Assembly (NCBI GenBank): GCA_045606685.1
Contig: JAZUSJ010000081.1
Span: forward strand, 10,439 to 74,438
Direction: 5' to 3'
Source: Eubacteriales bacterium
GTDB lineage: Bacteria > Bacillota > Clostridia > Oscillospirales > CAG-272
DNA length: 64,000 bases
Shown here: in pieces, positions 1 through 6,508 of the stretch
Position numbering within the stretch: the stretch's first letter is position 1
How the letters are laid out: every line of letters starts with the position of its first letter
The notes under the pieces: generated by a model
What the model was told of the DNA's origin: nothing
The model's input: only the letters and a program-made list of their open reading frames with translations
Databases searched by the model: none
Position numbers and translations under genes: made by a program

Positions 1-529
1 GACAAAGGATTGCTTTGCAAACGATGGCGTGATCTTTTATTGCGCAGGAAGCGTACTGGCAGCCAAAGAGGAATGCAGCGATTCAATGGAGCTTGACTCC
101 TATTCTTACGGAGATGGATGGGCGCTTGGTATTTATGATCTGTCCGACGATGAGGCCTGGGCAGGCAGAATCAACGCGATCCGTATTGGCTTTGGCTTCT
201 CAGCAGACGATCTGACCGATGAAGAGTATAATAACTTCAAAATTGCTTATTACGGTGCGTTCCGATCTGAAGAGGAGGCGGTTGCATATGCAGAGGCTTA
301 TCTGACCAATCTTAACGGCGGTGAGTTACCTACGGAACAAACGACGACCGAACCCGAAGTAAATACAACAAAAGCACCCGACACCGATGCCCCTACAACG
401 GATGATACAGATACCAAGGATGTCATCAACGATACGGAACAACCGGTCGGCTGTAAGGCATATGCAGCCCCCATTGTTGCATTGATTGCATTTTTCGGAG
501 CTGCATACGTGATAAAGAAAAGGGGCTGA
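1..529 (+). CDS. 3' end of secreted-protein paralogue A (5' end cut by window edge)
   Basis: The frame is open from nt 2, so the GTG at 29 is not a real start. The translation TKDCFANDGVIFYCAGS...YGDGWALGIYDL...WAGRINAIRIGF aligns with the C-terminal third of the two downstream genes. It ends in a T/E/P-rich linker, then GC, a hydrophobic helix and KKRG. Confidence 0.8.
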   Translation, partial: TKDCFANDGVIFYCAGSVLAAKEECSDSMELDSYSYGDGWALGIYDLSDDEAWAGRINAIRIGFGFSADDLTDEEYNNFKIAYYGAFRSEEEAVAYAEAYLTNLNGGELPTEQTTTEPEVNTTKAPDTDAPTTDDTDTKDVINDTEQPVGCKAYAAPIVALIAFFGAAYVIKKRG

Positions 530-621
530 TTTACCGTCAAATGACTCATTCATCTCAGTATGTTTGGATTAATTTGTCTATGTTGTCGTTATATTAGTCG
601 CGATTTTGTGCAATATCTCCA

Positions 622-650
622 TTTACAGGCGAGCGACTTGGTGATATAAT
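622..650 (+). promoter_or_regulatory. sigma-A-type promoter for paralogue B (TTTACA-17-TATAAT)
   Basis: TTTACA at 622-627, a 17-nt spacer, TATAAT at 645-650. The context CCATTTACA...GTGATATAATAT recurs upstream of paralogue C. Confidence 0.55.
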
Positions 651-687
651 ATTCATGTCAATAAATTCTAAGAAAAGGAGAAAAATC

Positions 688-2247
688 ATGAAGAAATTTT
701 TGACAGTTTTGCTGGCAATGAGCATGGTAATTGCTTCCATGACATTACTGGCAGTACCCGCAAGTGCGGACATCGTTGAAGGTGACTGGGTAACCTCCAG
801 AGCCGGAGACGCATATGAGGAGGACGTAACGGATTATACTCCCGCAGCAGGCTATAAGTATACCCCCGACGGCTTCCAGACCATTGCTCCTGATTTTACC
901 AACTGTAACCCCTACGTACAGGCGCATACCAGAATTGCTTATAATCTGAAGGCTCCCAATGCTGATGAAAACGGCAATGCGCTTTCCGTTAAGTTTACCG
1001 TTCAGGATTTCGCATACGGCGGTGAATACAACAACAAAGACGAATGGATTGCAATCACTCTCAACAGCGATCCTGTCGTAACCCAGGGTAATCCTAAGTA
1101 CGGCTCCGGTCTGTGCATCCTGATCCGCGGTGCCGGCAACGGTGCTGCCACCGGACAGCCTCACTATTCCGATAAGGAAAATAACCAGTTCCAGCTTTTC
1201 ACGCAGGGACAAATCAGCCCCACGCTCAATGATAAGGAACAGGAAGAATATTACTTCTCAATCAAGCATGACGGTACAAAGTATGTGATGAATCTGTGCG
1301 GCGTTGAATTCAGCGATCCGGATGGTAACCTTGACAGAATTTTAGACGAACAGTGCGCAGAAGGTGCATATCTCGGCATTACTCTGATGACCACCGAGAT
1401 CGAAACACCCGCTTCCTTTATTATCACCGAATTCCAGGGCCAGGTTCCTTTCGGTGAAGACACAGCAGAGCCTGAAACCAACGTTAAGTCGTTTGCAGAG
1501 ATCGCGGATTCTTCTACCGTAGCTGCAGGTCAACCTGCTGTTATCTGGGACGGCAAGGGCGAGTTCTACGATAAGATCTCCATTTCCAATGCCGACTATA
1601 CCGTACAGGGAAACGGTATTGTATCTCTGAAGGCAACCAGCGCCACTCCTTACATCAGCTTTAACATCAAGAATGATATTTCTTACGAAGCATCCGATTT
1701 CCCGATCATCGTTGCATTGACCAAGAATTGCGCTGCATTTGACGGTCAGATGTACTACTATTCCGGCAGAACTCTGGGCGCAAACGCAGATTGCCTGATG
1801 GACATCATCTACGACGAATATGATTTCGGTGAAGGTTGGGGTATGTCTGTTTTGGATCTGAATGAGGATCCCGAATGGGAAGGCAGAATGAACGGTATGA
1901 GACTTGACTTCCTTGAAGTTGATTACACCGATGAAGAATCTGCAAGCTTTGATGTTGCTTATTTCGCTGCATTCCGTACTGAAGAGGAAGCAGTAGAGTA
2001 TGCTAAGAGCTATCTGATCGCTTTGCTTGGCAAGCTGCCTGAAACGACTGAAAAGCCCACCGAAGAGCCTACAACCGAAGCTCCTACGACTGAGGAAAAG
2101 ACAAATGCTCCCACTGAGGAGACTCCCTCTGATGAGGTTACTACCGGTGCTGATGAAAACACAGGCTGCAAGGCATTTGCCGCAGCTCCCGTGGTAGCAC
2201 TGATTGCAGTTCTGAGCGTTGCATTTGTTGCAAAGAAGAAGGACTGA
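688..2247 (+). CDS. secreted protein of unknown function, paralogue B (signal peptide, C-terminal GC/TM/KKK tail)
   Basis: RBS AAAAGGAG lies 7 nt before the ATG at 688; the ORF-track start at 655 falls at or inside the predicted promoter. Signal peptide MKKFLTVLLAMSMVIASMTLLAVPASA. It shares the blocks IVEGDW, DFAYGG, LIRGAGNGAA, FQGQVPFGED and W-x-G-R-x-N-x-x-R with 2394..3935. Confidence 0.85.
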   Translation: MKKFLTVLLAMSMVIASMTLLAVPASADIVEGDWVTSRAGDAYEEDVTDYTPAAGYKYTPDGFQTIAPDFTNCNPYVQAHTRIAYNLKAPNADENGNALSVKFTVQDFAYGGEYNNKDEWIAITLNSDPVVTQGNPKYGSGLCILIRGAGNGAATGQPHYSDKENNQFQLFTQGQISPTLNDKEQEEYYFSIKHDGTKYVMNLCGVEFSDPDGNLDRILDEQCAEGAYLGITLMTTEIETPASFIITEFQGQVPFGEDTAEPETNVKSFAEIADSSTVAAGQPAVIWDGKGEFYDKISISNADYTVQGNGIVSLKATSATPYISFNIKNDISYEASDFPIIVALTKNCAAFDGQMYYYSGRTLGANADCLMDIIYDEYDFGEGWGMSVLDLNEDPEWEGRMNGMRLDFLEVDYTDEESASFDVAYFAAFRTEEEAVEYAKSYLIALLGKLPETTEKPTEEPTTEAPTTEEKTNAPTEETPSDEVTTGADENTGCKAFAAAPVVALIAVLSVAFVAKKKD

Positions 2248-2258
2248 CATGAAATTTC

Positions 2259-2296
2259 CAATGGCTGACGCTGTGCGTCAGCCATTGTTATTTTTG
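2259..2296 (+). terminator. rho-independent terminator after paralogue B
   Basis: 12-bp stem CAATGGCTGACG / CGTCAGCCATTG, loop CTGTG, followed by TTATTTTT. Confidence 0.75.
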
Positions 2297-2332
2297 CACG
2301 AAACATATGCACAAATTTGTGAAATGTCACCA

Positions 2333-2361
2333 TTTACATTAAAAGGGATAAGTGATATAAT
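2333..2361 (+). promoter_or_regulatory. sigma-A-type promoter for paralogue C (TTTACA-17-TATAAT)
   Basis: TTTACA at 2333-2338, a 17-nt spacer, TATAAT at 2356-2361. The flanks are near-identical to the promoter at 622..650. Confidence 0.55.
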
Positions 2362-2393
2362 ATATGTAATAATTCCAAAAAAGGAGAAATTTT

Positions 2394-3935
2394 ATGAAAA
2401 AATTGATTTCAATCACCTTGACTGTTGTCATGCTGCTTTCTCTGGCATCTGTGATGATGATTCACGGTTCAGCAATTGTTGAAGGTGACTGGACCGTTTC
2501 CCGAGCAGCAGATGACTATCAGGATCCGGACAGCTACAGACCTTATTGCGGCTATCGATATGATTTGAACAAGGGCCTTGTTTTGGTTTCTGCGGACTAT
2601 ACCAATAACACCCCTTATACACACGTTCATACCAAGTCGACCTATAGTCTGAAGGATAACAACGCAGCAGGAAACGGAAAATCCATATCTTTGGAATTTA
2701 CCGTGACCGATTTTGCATACCAGGGAAGTGATCACTGGGTTGGTATTTCGCTTCACAGCCGGGAAATCTTCGCTCCCGGTCAGAAGGGCTATGGCGAGGG
2801 TGTATCCGTGCTGATCCGCGGTGCAGGCGAAGGTGCGGCTATTGCGCAGTTCCACTATCTCAACGACGACAGAGGATATACGCTGTTCAGCCAGCAGCAA
2901 ATCACTATCCCGGTCAACGAGCAGGGACAGGAAACCTACACCTTTGAGGTAGAATATACCGGTACGGGCTATGCATTTTATCTGTGCGGAACCAAGTTTG
3001 AGGACGTTACGAAATTGGCGGACGAAACGCTCGATACCTATTGCGCAGACGGTGCGTACGTAGGCCTTTCTTTCTATTCCACCGAGTCAGGAACTCCCAT
3101 TGAAGCGTATATCAGCAAGTTCCAGGGCGAAGTACCCTTTGGCGAGGATAGCATGGAAGCTGAGGAAAACCGCAATAACTTTGCTCCCATCATTGATTCT
3201 TCGACCGTGCCTGAAGGTCAGCCCGCGCTGATCTGGAACTCTGCCATGGAGCAGTTCAATAAGCTGCAGGGCTCGAACATTGACCTTGTTGTAAATGATA
3301 ACGGTACGATTGGGGCAACAGCTGTAAATCCTTCGGGTTACTTCATTTTCTCTCCCAAGGTATCTGTTTCTTATGAGGCTGCTGATTTCCCGGTGATCGC
3401 AATTCTGACAAGAGCCTGCTATGCGGAATCCGGCTTGATCTATTATAGCGCAGGTCACAATCTGAGTGCTGCGCCCGATTGCAGCAGTGAGATAGATCTT
3501 GCTGAATATAATTTCGGTGAAGATTGGTGCATGGGCCTGTTGGATCTGACAGACGATCTTGATTGGCAGGGAAGAGTCAATATGATCCGTATGGATATTC
3601 AAAATGTTGACAATACCGACGAGGAAATGAAGCACTATGATATCGCTTATCTGGCCTGCTTCCGTACGATTGAGGATGCTGAGCAATATGCGAAGGACTA
3701 TCTGATCGGATTGCTTGGCAAGCTCCCCGAAACGACCGAGAAGGAAACCGATCCTCCCAAAACAGAAGAAACCGAAACCAAAGCTCCCTCTTCTGACCAG
3801 ACTGAGGAACAGGGCGGTGAGCAGAGCACGCAAGAAGAGCAGAAGAGCAAAGGCTGCGGCTCGGTTGTAGCTGCTCCTGCAATCGTTCTGATCGCATCAC
3901 TTGGCGTTGCGGTTGTCTCTAAAAAGAAGAAATAA
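2394..3935 (+). CDS. secreted protein of unknown function, paralogue C (signal peptide, C-terminal GC/TM/KKKK tail)
   Basis: RBS AAAAAGGAG before the ATG. Signal peptide MKKLISITLTVVMLLSLASVMMIHGSA. Collinear with 688..2247 over its full length, including the identical LLGKLPETTEK segment. Confidence 0.85.
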   Translation: MKKLISITLTVVMLLSLASVMMIHGSAIVEGDWTVSRAADDYQDPDSYRPYCGYRYDLNKGLVLVSADYTNNTPYTHVHTKSTYSLKDNNAAGNGKSISLEFTVTDFAYQGSDHWVGISLHSREIFAPGQKGYGEGVSVLIRGAGEGAAIAQFHYLNDDRGYTLFSQQQITIPVNEQGQETYTFEVEYTGTGYAFYLCGTKFEDVTKLADETLDTYCADGAYVGLSFYSTESGTPIEAYISKFQGEVPFGEDSMEAEENRNNFAPIIDSSTVPEGQPALIWNSAMEQFNKLQGSNIDLVVNDNGTIGATAVNPSGYFIFSPKVSVSYEAADFPVIAILTRACYAESGLIYYSAGHNLSAAPDCSSEIDLAEYNFGEDWCMGLLDLTDDLDWQGRVNMIRMDIQNVDNTDEEMKHYDIAYLACFRTIEDAEQYAKDYLIGLLGKLPETTEKETDPPKTEETETKAPSSDQTEEQGGEQSTQEEQKSKGCGSVVAAPAIVLIASLGVAVVSKKKK

Positions 3936-4050
3936 TATATCGTAGAAGGTGCCGATGCAAATGGGTGATGTCCTTATCGGAGAAATAAGATAGGGGTATG
4001 GGCGCAGCCCGATGCATTTGTTAAACAAATGCGAAACTGGCAATAAAAAC

Positions 4051-4112
4051 AGAAAGAGAGAGTAACACGGTTACAAAATTCCGTGAAGCTCTCTCTCTTT
4101 TTCTGCTTTTTT
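4051..4112 (+). terminator. rho-independent terminator after paralogue C
   Basis: Long nested stem: AGAAAGAGAGAG...CTCTCTCTCTTTTTCT with an inner CACGG/CCGTG pair, followed by GCTTTTTT. Confidence 0.7.
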
Positions 4113-4312
4113 AGTGATATTCTTTGCTTTCGCAAAGAGTGATATTGCCCTTGCGGGCAGTGATATTGTTTGGCTACGCCTCACAGTGATATTCTATTCG
4201 CCCATAAGCTCGCGGAGCGAATACCACTCGGCGTAAGCCGAATATCACTGCGTAGCAATATCACTCGCCAAAGGCGAATAGAACTGGTGTGATACTCCGA
4301 TAAGAGTATCAC
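4113..4312. repeat. array of the 9-mer AGTGATATT (4 direct copies, 3-4 inverted copies) interleaved with short GC-rich hairpins
   Basis: AGTGATATT starts at 4113, 4138, 4159 and 4185. The inverse, AATA(T/C)CACT, starts at 4220, 4241 and 4257, with a degenerate copy at 4277. The terminal palindrome is GTGATACTC-CGATAA-GAGTATCAC at 4288-4311. Each spacer is itself a mini-hairpin: CTTTGC-TTTC-GCAAAG, GCCC-TTGC-GGGC, GGC-TAC-GCC, CGGC-GTAA-GCCG, CGCC-AAA-GGCG. Confidence 0.8.
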
Positions 4313-4332
4313 GCCAATGCCTCGGCGCCTTC

Positions 4333-4361
4333 TTGACAAATATCATGATTTGTTGTATAAT
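4333..4361 (+). promoter_or_regulatory. consensus sigma-A promoter for the lipoprotein gene (TTGACA-17-TATAAT)
   Basis: TTGACA at 4333-4338, a 17-nt spacer, TATAAT at 4356-4361, about 34 nt upstream of the ATG at 4395. Confidence 0.65.
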
Positions 4362-4394
4362 AATAGAAATACATCCCAAGAAAGGATTTCAGGC

Positions 4395-6446
4395 ATGAAC
4401 ACAAAAAGAATTCTGTCATTTATGGCTCTTTGTCTTTGCCTTGTTATGACGTTGCAATTTGCAGCATGCACGAATGAAGGCACAGAGCAGGAACAGACTA
4501 CCGAGGATCAAACAGATACGCAAACACCCGAGTCGGATACGCAACCGTCAGATACGGGCAACGGCTCCGAAAATACAACCGATGACCAAACCAATCCTCC
4601 AAGCACGGAAAACGAGTTGGCTGCAAAGCCCTCGATCAATTTTGATCAGACCGTGCAGATCAGTCAAAACGGACAGGCGGCAGAGGTTACTGCAGCCGGT
4701 GGCCTGAAGTATACTGCTTCCGGCTACAGCAAGCTTGAAAACAACAGTTTCACCATCCGTACCGGCTTCAAAGTCGAGCTTGGCGATCAGTTTTCCGATG
4801 CATTTAACCGTCTGACGCTTTGCTTTGTTTCAAGTCAGCCGCTCAACTGTACCGTTACCTATACGCAGGATGGAAAGACTGTTGAGGATCTGTTTTATCT
4901 GGAGGCAGGAAAGCAGACCTTCTGCGCACTTATCAAGGGCTATCTTTCCGGCAAGCAAGCCACTCAGCTGAATTCCATTACGTTTGATACTTGCGAAGAA
5001 ACCGATGCAACGTTTGTTTTGTGCGATGTCAAGACCGAAATGTATCAAGTATACAGCGATGAAGTCTACTATCTGCAGAACGATTCGTATAAGCTTGGTG
5101 TCCGTCTTTCCTGGGGTGGCGGCATCTGCTATCTGCAGGATCTGAACAAGAAGATCAACGGTGTAGAAAACCTGATTAACCAGGCCGATACGGGCAGACT
5201 TGTCCAGCAGTCCTATTACGGTACACACGGCAACGGTGAATATGTTGACGGTGATTACAACGGTGTCAGATGGCCGTACAACCCTGTTCAGGGCGGTGAC
5301 GTACACGGCAATCCCAGCCGTATTATCGATATTGTGGTGGGCAAGCATTCCTTGTATATCAAGGCGCAGCCGCAGGACTGGGGCCATGACGGTGATCTTA
5401 CCATCAGTTATATGGAAAACCTGTACATTCTTGAAGAGGATCATATCCGCGTAGATAACCGCTTCGTGGACTTCTCCGGTTGGGAACACAGATACGCAAA
5501 CCAGGAGCTGCCCGCATTCTATACCCTGAGCTTCTTTGGTGACTTTACCTATTACGCAGGCTCCAAGCCCTGGCAGGATGAGGAGCTGACTACCAAAAAG
5601 AATCTGGAATTCTGGGGTGACGCTGCATACCACGATGATTGCACCTTCAAGCTGCGTTACAGCAATACCGAAACATGGTGCGCATGGACCAACAGATATG
5701 CAAACTACGGTATCGGCCTGTTCGTTCCCGGTACGGACGTGTTCCTGGCGGGCAGACATGCTTATAACGGCAGCAAGGACTCGCTCAACGGAGCAACCAA
5801 CTACGTAGCCCCCTTGTGTACCATGAAGATCGTGTCCTATGAGCCGATCGAATACAGCTATATGATGACAACCGGATCGCTCGAGAAGATTCGAAGCGTC
5901 TTCAAAGAAAACAAGGATTTCACGACCAACGAATCTCTGCATCTGAATTATATCAGCGACAGACTTGAGGACGAGGGCTCGGCTATCAAGATGGATTTGC
6001 TTCAGTTTGCTGAAAAGAGCAGCACATTGAAGCTGACACCTACCAGCAACACTAACGTGGGCTTCAGTGAGGAACAAAAGGCTGCAATGTTGACGATTGC
6101 AGCAGCATCTGACCCGCACGTAACCATTGATTACACCAAGTCTGATCCCAAGCTCAAGGCAGAGGACTATTCCGTGATCAGGATCACGTATATGATTCCC
6201 ACCACAAACAGTATGAAATATTACACGGCAGAGCTGTTCTTGTCAACCGGCACGTCTATGGGCGCCGAGGGCGGTAAGTCTGTTCGTACTGAACTCGTGG
6301 CAGACGGTGAATATCATACCGTCGAGGTCAATGTTTCCGGTCTTAACTTCTGGAGTGGAAATGTCAACGCAATCCGCTTTGACTACTTTGATGCTTGTGC
6401 CGAGGGCGACGTCGTATACGTTCAGGCTATCGAGCTTGGCAACTAA
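4395..6446 (+). CDS. lipoprotein of unknown function (possible glycan-active or glycan-binding surface protein)
   Basis: RBS AAAGGA before the ATG at 4395. The signal MNTKRILSFMALCLCLVMTLQFAAC carries a lipobox Cys and is followed by a T/E/Q/D-rich linker. The C-terminal motif FWSGNVNAIRFDYFD resembles the W-x-G-R-x-N-x-x-R-x-D block of the three upstream paralogues. Confidence 0.8.
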   Translation: MNTKRILSFMALCLCLVMTLQFAACTNEGTEQEQTTEDQTDTQTPESDTQPSDTGNGSENTTDDQTNPPSTENELAAKPSINFDQTVQISQNGQAAEVTAAGGLKYTASGYSKLENNSFTIRTGFKVELGDQFSDAFNRLTLCFVSSQPLNCTVTYTQDGKTVEDLFYLEAGKQTFCALIKGYLSGKQATQLNSITFDTCEETDATFVLCDVKTEMYQVYSDEVYYLQNDSYKLGVRLSWGGGICYLQDLNKKINGVENLINQADTGRLVQQSYYGTHGNGEYVDGDYNGVRWPYNPVQGGDVHGNPSRIIDIVVGKHSLYIKAQPQDWGHDGDLTISYMENLYILEEDHIRVDNRFVDFSGWEHRYANQELPAFYTLSFFGDFTYYAGSKPWQDEELTTKKNLEFWGDAAYHDDCTFKLRYSNTETWCAWTNRYANYGIGLFVPGTDVFLAGRHAYNGSKDSLNGATNYVAPLCTMKIVSYEPIEYSYMMTTGSLEKIRSVFKENKDFTTNESLHLNYISDRLEDEGSAIKMDLLQFAEKSSTLKLTPTSNTNVGFSEEQKAAMLTIAAASDPHVTIDYTKSDPKLKAEDYSVIRITYMIPTTNSMKYYTAELFLSTGTSMGAEGGKSVRTELVADGEYHTVEVNVSGLNFWSGNVNAIRFDYFDACAEGDVVYVQAIELGN

Positions 6447-6458
6447 ATAATACAAAAA

Positions 6459-6492
6459 CAGGGAGAAAGCCAAGACTTTCTCCCTGTTTGGT
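6459..6492. terminator. bidirectional terminator between convergent genes
   Basis: 11-bp stem CAGGGAGAAAG / CTTTCTCCCTG, flanked by an A-run upstream and TTTGGTT downstream. Confidence 0.7.
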
Positions 6493-6508
6493 TCAATGAA
6501 ACATCCGA

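Noticed and set aside
2041-2160. Thr/Glu/Pro-rich linker coding regions (also 330..445 and 3725..3850) considered as tandem DNA repeats
   Set aside because: There is compositional bias only. I could not find an exact nucleotide period, so they are treated as low-complexity coding linkers.
1342-2250. 302-aa minus-strand ORF inside paralogue B (and similar ones at 2469..2900 and 3087..3833 in paralogue C)
   Set aside because: The plus-strand frames are conserved between the paralogues at the protein level, and the antisense frames are not.
3955-3993. 12-codon mini-ORF (MQMGDVLIGEIR) after paralogue C with a GAAGGTG-like RBS
   Set aside because: It is too short to support from sequence alone, and there is no hydrophobic or signal character and no conservation evidence available.
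4113-4312. Repeat/spacer pattern considered as a CRISPR array
   Set aside because: The repeats are only 9 nt and the 'spacers' 7-29 nt and self-complementary. Copies occur in both orientations, and there are no cas genes. It is not CRISPR.
4317-4394. N-terminal extension of the lipoprotein ORF (start at 4317)
   Set aside because: The consensus promoter (4333..4361) lies inside this stretch. The ATG at 4395 has an RBS and begins a canonical lipoprotein signal peptide.
4830-6119. 429-aa minus-strand ORF inside the lipoprotein gene
   Set aside because: The plus-strand frame has the promoter, RBS, lipobox and terminator. The antisense ORF has none of these.
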